Shown one piece after another: positions 1 to 7,821 of a DNA stretch of 64,000 nt. Under the pieces are notes generated by a model. The model searched no databases. It was given only the letters and a program-made list of their open reading frames with translations, and was not told the origin of the DNA. This DNA comes from Candidatus Eiseniibacteriota bacterium (GTDB lineage Bacteria > Eisenbacteria > RBG-16-71-46): NCBI GenBank assembly GCA_031370785.1, contig JANMQY010000030.1, positions 1 to 64,000 on the forward strand, given 5' to 3'. How positions within the stretch are numbered: the stretch's first letter is position 1; each line of letters begins with the position of its first letter. A program made the position numbers and the translations under genes.

Positions 1-51
1 CGGCAGCGCCGCCGCGGCGGGTGATGCGTTCGACATGTGGTGCGGCCTCGT

Positions 52-1392
52 CTAGAGCGGGTCCTGATCCACGATGTTGGCGTACACCGGCTTCCACACA
101 TCGTCGAGCGCGATGAAGATCAGATCGTGTTCGTCCGGCAGGTCGTCGAAGAACAGCGGGCGTGACCAGGTGTCGGCGTAGAACTCGCGCCGCCACGAGC
201 TCGAGTAGCGGCTGCGACCACTGGTGTTTTTCGTGCACTCGAGCAGCTTGGGCAGCGTCCAGTCGCCGAACGTGTCGTGCCAGCCACTTTCCACGTTCGC
301 GGCGCGATTCGCGTCGCGTTTCTTCATGTCCGGCGGCACCAGGTAATAGGCGTCGTAGCCCGCCTTGGGGCGGAAGGTCGTCCACACCGTGCGCGCCCGC
401 GCATCTTCGCTGCCTTCGCGCCGGGTCACCGCCTCTTCGCTCTCGACGTCGATCACCTCGGTCTCCCATCGCACCGTCGCCTGCCGCTCGCGCTCGATCG
501 CGAAGAATTGCTCGTCCACGTAGCGAACGTGCGTCCCCGCGGTGTCGCGGAACTCCTCCTTACGCCAGATGGTCTCGGAGTAGCGGTTCGAGTCGGTATT
601 CACGCTCGGGCTGTACACGCGTCCCCATACCACACGGCGAGCGCCGATGCGCCGACCAATGCTGATGGCCTTCTCGCGGGTGAGATGGTCCAGCTCGCTG
701 ACCGTCAACCGGTCGTAGACCTGCTCTGGCGAGAGAAAGCTCGTGAACGTGAGCCCGGCCGGCCCCAGGTGCTTGAGCGTCTCGCTGCGAACGTGCTCCG
801 AGAGCGCACGTCCCAGGTCCGATCCTCCGGTCTCATCCGCGAACGGCAGGAACGCCACCAGCACGTTGGCGCGCCGGAGCGCATCCGCCGCGCGCTGCGA
901 GACGTCGCGATAGCCCGGCGCGTAGTCGCGCGCTTCGGCGAAACGCCCGTAGGCCAGCTTGTGATTTCCTTCGCGCATCGCGGAATCGCCCTCGGCGTAG
1001 ACACTCGCCGCGGCGGAGTGACGAATGAGATCCTCGTCGCGCGCGTATCCGAGGTCTTCGCGAAGCTGAACGCCCAGGCTCACCACCTCGAGGCGGAACT
1101 TCTCCAGCCCGAGCGTCTGTCGCGCGGCTTTCAGGGTGTCGACCGTGGCGAGGTTGCGCACGCGCTTCTTCCAGTCATCGACGCGTGCGTTCGCCGCGCC
1201 GCTCAGCGCGTTCTGCACCGCGGGGTCGCGCGGATCACGCCTGTAGGCGATGAGCGCCGTCTGGTACGCCTTGTCGATCTGCCCCGCGGCGAGTTCCTGC
1301 CCGCTCCGCTCGGCAAACTTCTGCGCGTTGGCGCACGACAGGGTCAGGGACGCCACACCCAGCAGCAGCACCAACCGATCACGCAGTCGCAT
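52..1392 (-). CDS. Putative lipoprotein with TPR-like helical region and CsgG/TolB-N-like C-terminal half
   Basis: Start moved to ATG 1392 (MRLRDRLVLLLGVASLTLSC, lipobox-like). Helical repeats are followed by VAFLPF...IGRRIGARRVVWG. Confidence 0.65.
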   Translation of the reverse strand: MRLRDRLVLLLGVASLTLSCANAQKFAERSGQELAAGQIDKAYQTALIAYRRDPRDPAVQNALSGAANARVDDWKKRVRNLATVDTLKAARQTLGLEKFRLEVVSLGVQLREDLGYARDEDLIRHSAAASVYAEGDSAMREGNHKLAYGRFAEARDYAPGYRDVSQRAADALRRANVLVAFLPFADETGGSDLGRALSEHVRSETLKHLGPAGLTFTSFLSPEQVYDRLTVSELDHLTREKAISIGRRIGARRVVWGRVYSPSVNTDSNRYSETIWRKEEFRDTAGTHVRYVDEQFFAIERERQATVRWETEVIDVESEEAVTRREGSEDARARTVWTTFRPKAGYDAYYLVPPDMKKRDANRAANVESGWHDTFGDWTLPKLLECTKNTSGRSRYSSSWRREFYADTWSRPLFFDDLPDEHDLIFIALDDVWKPVYANIVDQDPL

Positions 1393-1580
1393 AGGGGCCT
1401 CGTCTTGGGCGCGGACCGCCGGCCCGCGCGCTTCGCGGCGAAGGTGCCGTGCCCGCCTTCCGGCGTCAAGCGCCGCACACTCCGGGTACGCCGCCGCGCC
1501 GGAGACATTTTCAGCGAACGGCAAATTCTCGCGCGGCGCACGGGGGGCACGATCAGAGCGCGGTGCGCAGCCCGGCCCGA

Positions 1581-2717
1581 TCAGCGGGCGGCGAACCGTC
1601 CGAGCCGGAACAGGCCGAGGTCGAAGCGCGAGCGGCCGAGCAGCAGCAGATCGGCCAGCACCTCGCCCATCGCGCTCGCGAACTTGAAACCGTGGCCGGA
1701 ACACGCGCTGACGAACACAACCTGCCTATGCTCCGGGTGATGGTCGACGATGAAGTGCTCGTCGGGCGTGTTGGTGTACAGGCACACCGCTGCGTCGTTC
1801 AGTTTTCCGTTCGCGTCGGGCAGGTACTCGCGCAGCAGGCCGCGCATCTTCTCGACCTCATCTGCGCCGACCTCGCGCCTCACGCGATCAGGGTCGGTCG
1901 CTTCGCCCTCGTGATGGATGGCGAGCTTCATGCCCTTCGCCGAAGCGGGAAAGCCGTAGAAGAACCGGCCGGGCGCATGCTCCCAGATCCAGATCGGAAA
2001 GAGCGCGGCATCGAAGCGCTCGGGCTTGCTCGCGGGCTCGAACCACATCAGCGTCTGACGCGCGACCGAGAGCGGCAGGGCAAGGTCCGGAAGCAGGCGG
2101 GCGTTCCATGCGCCGGCCGCGAGCAGCAGATGCCCCGCCTGGTATCGCCCTCGCGCAGTCGTCACCTCGACGCCTTCGCCGTCCGCGCGCCACGACAGCA
2201 CCGGCTCGTCGTCGCGCAGCTCCGCACCGTTGCGCCGCGCGCGCTCGAGTTGCGCGGCAACACACGCTTCGGGGTCGAGCGTGCCGGAACGCGGCTCCCA
2301 CACTCCGACCGTTCCCTCGCGCGGCCGGAAAGCCGGCCAGCGCCGCGCAATCTCTCCGGCATCGAGCATCTCGAACGGCAGGTTCCACGCCTCGGCACTG
2401 CGCAGCGCGCCACTGACCAGCGTGCTGTCAGGGGCGCCGATCATGACTCCGCCGGTGCGCCGCATCAGGGTTCGTCCCGTGGCGCGCTCGAGATCTTCCC
2501 AGCATTCGAACGCTCGCTGCACGATCGGCACGTATTGCGGGTGCTCGAAGTAGGCTTCGCGAATGATGCGCGACTCGCCGTGCGAGGAGCCGAGCGCATG
2601 CGGCGGCGCGAACCGGTCGAGCCCGAGCACCCGCCGGCCGCGCAGCGCGAACTGGTCCGCCGCCGCGCTGCCCATCGCCCCGAGCCCGGCGATGATGACG
2701 TCGTACGTCCGGCTCAC
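1581..2717 (-). CDS. solA: N-methyl-L-tryptophan oxidase / monomeric sarcosine oxidase family FAD oxidase
   Basis: YDVIIAGLGAMGSA, GSSHGESRIIR, CLYTNTPDEHF and SGHGFKFA motifs. GTG start overlaps the upstream stop. Confidence 0.88.
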   Translation of the reverse strand: MSRTYDVIIAGLGAMGSAAADQFALRGRRVLGLDRFAPPHALGSSHGESRIIREAYFEHPQYVPIVQRAFECWEDLERATGRTLMRRTGGVMIGAPDSTLVSGALRSAEAWNLPFEMLDAGEIARRWPAFRPREGTVGVWEPRSGTLDPEACVAAQLERARRNGAELRDDEPVLSWRADGEGVEVTTARGRYQAGHLLLAAGAWNARLLPDLALPLSVARQTLMWFEPASKPERFDAALFPIWIWEHAPGRFFYGFPASAKGMKLAIHHEGEATDPDRVRREVGADEVEKMRGLLREYLPDANGKLNDAAVCLYTNTPDEHFIVDHHPEHRQVVFVSACSGHGFKFASAMGEVLADLLLLGRSRFDLGLFRLGRFAAR

Positions 2718-3427
2718 GCCGCCTCGGTGGCGGCGATGCGGCGCACCAGCGCGTGACTCACGAACCCCGCGTACAGATCCATGAGCGCGTGGATCAGCAT
2801 GCACAGGTAGATCGAGCCGCTCAGCAGATAGACCGCGGCCATGAACGCACCCGCCAGCCCGGTCTGCACGATGCCGCGCACGCCCTGGTAGGCGTGTCCG
2901 ATCCCGAACAGCACGCTCGAGAGCAGCGCGGCCTGGAACAGACCCAACCAGTGCTGCAGGTACCAGATCATGAAGCCGCGGAACAGCAGCTCTTCACAAA
3001 CGCCGGCGGTGATCGCGAGCGCCGAGAACAGCTTGAGCTCGCCGGGTGTGTGAGGAAGAAGCGCCTCGACGTGCTCGAGGCGTGCGCGCGCTCGCTCGAA
3101 GGCTGTCTCGCGGTTTTCCGGGCGGCGCGACTGGACCGCGAGGATCACGATCATCACCGCGAGCCCGAGCAGAACGCCGAGCGCGCCGAACGTGACCCGC
3201 GGCACCAGCCCGAGCCCGACCCACATCCTGCCCAGCCACACCCAGTGCACGATCAGGATCGCCGACAGCGTCCACTGCGTGATCATGGCGAACAGGTACA
3301 TGCGCGGGCGCAGGCGGGCGCGAGCCTCGGGGGCGGCGCCCTGCAGGCGGCGAAACGTCAGCCATGCGCGCGGGGCGAGCAAGAGCGCCAGCACGGCGAA
3401 CAGAAGGTGATCGATAGGGTCCGGCAC
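2714..3427 (-). CDS. CPBP (CAAX/Abi) intramembrane glutamic protease
   Basis: EELLFRG, FGIGHAYQG and HALMD motifs; multiple TM helices. Confidence 0.9.
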   Translation of the reverse strand: MPDPIDHLLFAVLALLLAPRAWLTFRRLQGAAPEARARLRPRMYLFAMITQWTLSAILIVHWVWLGRMWVGLGLVPRVTFGALGVLLGLAVMIVILAVQSRRPENRETAFERARARLEHVEALLPHTPGELKLFSALAITAGVCEELLFRGFMIWYLQHWLGLFQAALLSSVLFGIGHAYQGVRGIVQTGLAGAFMAAVYLLSGSIYLCMLIHALMDLYAGFVSHALVRRIAATEAA

Positions 3428-3443
3428 GCGCCCTACCCTTCAG

Positions 3444-3692
3444 CTAACGCGGGTTGACCTTCGGCGCCACCGGCGGCTGGAAGTTGAGCTGGCGGTACAT
3501 CGCGATCAGCTCTTCGTGGGTGATGAGGATCAGGCTCTTGCACTTTCGGCACTTGAGCTCGAGACCGTCGCGCACCATGCGCGCCAGCATCGAGCCGCAG
3601 GTGCAGCGGCACTGGTCATCCTTCGGAATCATTCGCTTCGCGCCGGACGCTGCGCTCGCGGCGCGCGTGATGTCGAAATCGGCAGGCTTCAA
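3444..3692 (-). CDS. Small zinc-ribbon protein, Mu Com-like
   Basis: CRCTCGSMLAR...LELKCRKCK. TTG start at 3692 after GAAGGA; alternative start 3710. Confidence 0.65.
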   Translation of the reverse strand: MKPADFDITRAASAASGAKRMIPKDDQCRCTCGSMLARMVRDGLELKCRKCKSLILITHEELIAMYRQLNFQPPVAPKVNPR

Positions 3693-3786
3693 CGTGTTTC
3701 CTTCCGGCAACGAAGAGCGGGGAGTGCGTCGCGCGCCCTGACGCGACGGGAGTTGCGAGGCCTTCGCGGAGGTGCGAAGCGCGGGA

Positions 3787-3816
3787 ATTCTAGGGGCCGC
3801 CGCCGGGAAGCGTCAA
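3787..3816 (-). promoter_or_regulatory. Putative sigma70 promoter for the zinc-ribbon/CPBP/solA unit
   Basis: Minus strand reads TTGACG-N18-TAGAAT. Confidence 0.55.
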
Positions 3817-4943
3817 GCCACGATCGCCCGCCATTGCGCGAGCCAGGTGAGCGCCGCGATCGCGACCAGCAGCACCCCGAGGAAGAAGGCGAGGCGCAGG
3901 TTGCGCATGTGCGCGAGCCCGGCGCCGAGCAGCAGGCACCAGAGTGGAAGCGTGCACAGCAACTGGCGCGCGATGAACAGGTGCATGCCCTGCACCGACA
4001 TCGCCCACGGCACCAGCGACGGAAGCAGAATCAGGAACCACAGCAGGGAGGCGGCCTTCCACTGCGCCGGTCGCCTCAAGGGGAGCGCCGCGACCACGGC
4101 CAGCAGCGGAATCAGAAACGGCGAGCCGAACGCGAGGCTGCGGGTGAGCAGAATCAGGTCGGGCATGGCGAGCTGACCCGCCAGCATGCGCTCGCCGGCC
4201 AGGTCGTTGCCGAGTTGTTGGAGCATCGCCGGCAGGCGTGGCACGAACGCGAGCGCGGCGATCGCCCACAGCCCGATCCACATCAGCAGGCGGCGCCGCT
4301 CGTGGCGCAGATACAGCACGCCCCACAGACCGAGCGCGAACAGCACGAATGCCGAGAAGTAGTCGGTGTAGAGCGCCACCACCGCGCCGACCACCAGGGC
4401 GATCCCCTCGGCAAGGCGCGGGCGCAGCGTCCAGCGCCATGCGATCCAGACCGTGAGCGTCAGCACCATCCACTCGAACGCGTAAACGCGAATGTGCTGA
4501 GACGAGACGATGTGCGCGCCGTTCACGGCGAGCAGAGCGCCGGCGAGAATGCCGGAGCGGGTGCTGAACAGCGCGCGGCCCATCGGCAGCAGCATGACCA
4601 CGGTCAGCACGCCGCACAGGATGGGAAGCGCCTTGAGCCACAGCACGCTCTCCCCTCCGATCGCGCGCCAGGCCCACATCATGATGTAGTGGAGCGGTGG
4701 ATCGACCGCCTGGTTGACGGCGGCGAGCATGGGCCCGAGGCCACGCCCGAGCAGCTCGAGCGTCCGGAGCTCATCGAGCCGGAGCGGCGTGTGGAGCGCC
4801 TGGAATACGCGCGGGACGAGAGCCAGCAGCACGACGAGCGCGTACGCCCAGTCGGGGACGGGTGCGGTCCTGGGGCGCGCCTTCAGCGGCGATGGCGCGG
4901 GCGCGACCACGGAGGTCGGGGCTGGGACTCCGGCGGTGGACAC
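3813..4943 (-). CDS. GT-C fold glycosyltransferase (GT39/PMT-like) membrane protein
   Basis: LRLDE, DPPLHY and SQHIRVY motifs; many TM helices. GTG start at 4943 preferred (ORF track gives 5000). Confidence 0.8.
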   Translation of the reverse strand: MSTAGVPAPTSVVAPAPSPLKARPRTAPVPDWAYALVVLLALVPRVFQALHTPLRLDELRTLELLGRGLGPMLAAVNQAVDPPLHYIMMWAWRAIGGESVLWLKALPILCGVLTVVMLLPMGRALFSTRSGILAGALLAVNGAHIVSSQHIRVYAFEWMVLTLTVWIAWRWTLRPRLAEGIALVVGAVVALYTDYFSAFVLFALGLWGVLYLRHERRRLLMWIGLWAIAALAFVPRLPAMLQQLGNDLAGERMLAGQLAMPDLILLTRSLAFGSPFLIPLLAVVAALPLRRPAQWKAASLLWFLILLPSLVPWAMSVQGMHLFIARQLLCTLPLWCLLLGAGLAHMRNLRLAFFLGVLLVAIAALTWLAQWRAIVA

Positions 4944-5029
4944 GGCCGCGCATGCTACCAGATCGCGGCGCGGAATCGTGGGCGATCGCGCCGCGAGCAC
5001 GATGCGCGGCGTGGTAGCCTGCGCGCCGC

Positions 5030-6229
5030 ATGGACGCGAGACGCGTGGTACCCAGGCGGGCCCCAGGGCTCGAGATCGGCGAGCAGCATGCCGGAGAGCG
5101 CGGCGTCATGGTCATGCTCCCTTCGGGCCGTACCTTCGAAGTCGCGCCGGCGACAGCCCGGCTTCTGAGCCTGATCGATGGACAGCGCGATCTCGAGGAG
5201 CTGGCCGCGTTACTCGCCCTTTCCGGTGGCGACGCGCTCCCGGCTGGAGCGCTGCGCGAGATCATCGAGCGCTCCCTCGTTCCCGCCGGCCTGGTCGGCA
5301 TCGACGATGTCCCCCCGGCCGGCGCGGCCCCGCGTTCGAGCATGTGGCTGCGCGCGACGCTGCTGCGCGACGCGTGGGTGCGGCGGCTCGCGGCGGCGCT
5401 GGCGCCGCTGTTCGCGCGCCCGGTCGCGGCGGCGCTGGTCGCGGTCGCGCTCGCGGCACAGGCGTGGTTCTTCCTCTCCCACCCGCGGCTCGAGTTGGAG
5501 AACGGACTCATCCGCCTCGATCTGTGGTGGCCGCCGGCCGCGATCTTCCTGCTCTCGAACCTGGTGCACGAGCTGGGTCACGCCGCCGCGCTGATGCGCT
5601 TCGGCGAGGTGCCGGGCGCGATCGGACTCGGGCTCTACCTGATCTTCCCGGTGCTCTACACCGATGTGACCCGCGCGTGGCGCCTGCCGCGTCTCGATCG
5701 CGCGGTGGTGGATGTGGGCGGCATCTATGTGCAGATGCTGTTTGCGGCACTCGTCATCGCGTGGTACGCGGTCACGCATTCCGGCAACGCAGCGCGAGCC
5801 GTGCTGGTCATGGATCTGAGCCTGCTCGCGAACCTCAACCCGTTCCTGCGCATGGACGGCTACTGGCTGGCAGCGGATCTCTCCGGCACGCGCGAGCTGC
5901 GCCGGCGCGCGATCACGCTCGCGCTCGGGCTGTTCGGAGGACGCGGGCGCGATCGCGAAGGCGCGGCGCCTTCGCGCTTCCTGATCGCCTACACCTGGCT
6001 GAGCCTGATCTACTTCACGGGGTTCGGGCTGTGGCTCGCGCTGGTCGCGGCGCCGCGGCTGATCGCCGAAATGCGGATCGTCGCCGCGCGCGAGGACGCC
6101 TCACGACTCGAGATCGGCGCGCTGCTGGCGCTCGGAGTGCTCGCGCTGGTCGCGATCGGCGCCACGCTGTGGGTCGGCGGCCGCAGCGCCGCAACGGCGC
6201 TCGCCGCGAAGGACAAGGCCGGGCGCTGA
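5030..6229 (+). CDS. PqqD/RRE-like domain fused to M50 (site-2) zinc metalloprotease
   Basis: N-terminal TFEVAPATARLLSLIDGQRDLEELAALL, then HELGH, YTDVT and NLNPFLRMDGYW. Confidence 0.85.
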   Translation: MDARRVVPRRAPGLEIGEQHAGERGVMVMLPSGRTFEVAPATARLLSLIDGQRDLEELAALLALSGGDALPAGALREIIERSLVPAGLVGIDDVPPAGAAPRSSMWLRATLLRDAWVRRLAAALAPLFARPVAAALVAVALAAQAWFFLSHPRLELENGLIRLDLWWPPAAIFLLSNLVHELGHAAALMRFGEVPGAIGLGLYLIFPVLYTDVTRAWRLPRLDRAVVDVGGIYVQMLFAALVIAWYAVTHSGNAARAVLVMDLSLLANLNPFLRMDGYWLAADLSGTRELRRRAITLALGLFGGRGRDREGAAPSRFLIAYTWLSLIYFTGFGLWLALVAAPRLIAEMRIVAAREDASRLEIGALLALGVLALVAIGATLWVGGRSAATALAAKDKAGR

Positions 6230-6264
6230 CCGCGGGCGCCGCGTGCCGTGCTAACCTCCGCCGC

Positions 6265-7266
6265 ATGCTCGAGCTCGCGCCAGTTCGCGACGATCCTTTC
6301 GCGCGCATCCGGCTCCGCTGGCTCGCCGCGTGGCTCCTGCTCTCGGGACTCAGCTATCTCGGCGCGGTGATCGCGGTCGGCGGGTGGCACGCCATCGATC
6401 CCAGGGCGAACGGCGTGGCGGTGTTCTCGATCTGGGCTTATTCCGCGCCGCTGCTGTGGATGGTGTTCGTGTGCCGCCGCGAAGGCGTCCGACTTTCGCG
6501 CCTGCTGCGTGCGCCGAAACACGGGAACTGGCTCGAGGGTCCGGCGCTCGCGCTCGCACAGCTCACCTTCAGCCTGCCGTCCTTCATGGTTCTGCTCTAC
6601 CTGATCTCGCTGGTGCTGCCGGGAAAGGTGCAGGGCCTGCTCAGCCATCCGGAGCGACTGGCGCTCGAGACCGGTCACATGTCCGCGCCCGCGGTCATGT
6701 TCCTGTTCGTGGTGGTCGCCCCCGTGGCCGAGGAGCTGCTGTTCCGGGGAATGCTGTTTCACGTGCTGGCCAGCCGCTGGGGCGTGCGCCCCGCGTTGCT
6801 CGCCGTGGCCGCGCTGTTCGCGGTGCTCCATCCCAATCCGATCGCGATGTTCGTATTCAGCCTGTTGCTGAGCGCGCTCTATCTCAAGGGTCGCACGCTG
6901 ATCTTCCCGATCCTGTGCCACATGACCAACAATGCCGTCCCGGCGTTGATCCTTCTCGCGATGCCCAAGTCCACGCGTCCTCCCGCCGGCATCGCCACTT
7001 CGCTGGTGTCGTTCCAGCACGGCATCGGGCCCGCGCTGCTCGCGACCGTGCTACTCGGCGGGCTGCTCGTGCTCTACATCGAGCGTTCGTGGCCCAAGCC
7101 CGATGCGGTCATGCCGTACTTCGACGACGATGTCGTCCCATGGCCGCCCGAACCTGACGAGCCGCCGGGCGGGGCGGACGCGATGTCGCGCGGGGTCGAG
7201 GCGCCGTCGCGCGGACCCGACGCCCCGGAGCACTCCCGACCTGGCGAAAGCGGAAGCACGTGGTGA
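6265..7266 (+). CDS. CPBP (CAAX/Abi) intramembrane protease
   Basis: APVAEELLFRG, FAVLH and HMTNN motifs. ATG start at 6265. Confidence 0.85.
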   Translation: MLELAPVRDDPFARIRLRWLAAWLLLSGLSYLGAVIAVGGWHAIDPRANGVAVFSIWAYSAPLLWMVFVCRREGVRLSRLLRAPKHGNWLEGPALALAQLTFSLPSFMVLLYLISLVLPGKVQGLLSHPERLALETGHMSAPAVMFLFVVVAPVAEELLFRGMLFHVLASRWGVRPALLAVAALFAVLHPNPIAMFVFSLLLSALYLKGRTLIFPILCHMTNNAVPALILLAMPKSTRPPAGIATSLVSFQHGIGPALLATVLLGGLLVLYIERSWPKPDAVMPYFDDDVVPWPPEPDEPPGGADAMSRGVEAPSRGPDAPEHSRPGESGSTW

Positions 7267-7813
7267 GGTGGTCGTTCACCACGCCCACCGCCTGCATGTA
7301 CGCGTAGATGATGGTCGAGCCCACGAAGCGGAATCCGCGCTTCTTCAAGTCGCGGCTGATCGCATCCGAGAGCGCGGTCGAAGCCGGCACCTTGCCGGTC
7401 GTGTTCACGAGCGGCCGCCCGTCGACGAAGCTCCAGAGGTAGGAGTCGAAGGACCCGAGCTCGGCCTGCACCGCGAGGAACGCCTTCGCGTTGGTTATCG
7501 ACGATTCGATCTTGAGCCGATTGCGGATGATTCCGGGATCGGCCATGAGCTGGCGCACCTTCGCGCGGTCGAAGCGCGCCACGCGCCGCGGATCGAAGCC
7601 GGCGAACACGCTGCGGTAGCGCGCACGCTTGTTGAGCACGGTCTCCCAGCTCAGACCCGCCTGTGCGCCTTCCAGGATCAGCATCTCGAACAGATGACGG
7701 TCGTCGTGCTGCGGCACGCCCCACTCGGTGTCGTGATACTCGAGGTAGAGCGGGTTCGTGAGCCGCGCCCACGAACAGCGCTTGCGTCGATCGGTAGCGG
7801 GCGGCTTCTTCAT
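7109..7813 (-). CDS. tag: DNA-3-methyladenine glycosylase I
   Basis: RCSWA, YHDTEWGVP, LEGAQAGLSW, IIRNRLKI, GFRFVG and NDHLTTC motifs; extended C-terminal tail. Confidence 0.95.
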   Translation of the reverse strand: MKKPPATDRRKRCSWARLTNPLYLEYHDTEWGVPQHDDRHLFEMLILEGAQAGLSWETVLNKRARYRSVFAGFDPRRVARFDRAKVRQLMADPGIIRNRLKIESSITNAKAFLAVQAELGSFDSYLWSFVDGRPLVNTTGKVPASTALSDAISRDLKKRGFRFVGSTIIYAYMQAVGVVNDHLTTCFRFRQVGSAPGRRVRATAPRPRATSRPPRPAARQVRAAMGRHRRRSTA

Positions 7814-7821
7814 GGCGGCGC

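Noticed and set aside
1581..2717. Functional link between the SolA-like oxidase and the glutamate-synthase-like gene (N-methylglutamate pathway)
   Set aside because: They are about 55 kb apart, and no gmaS or mgd genes are in the window.
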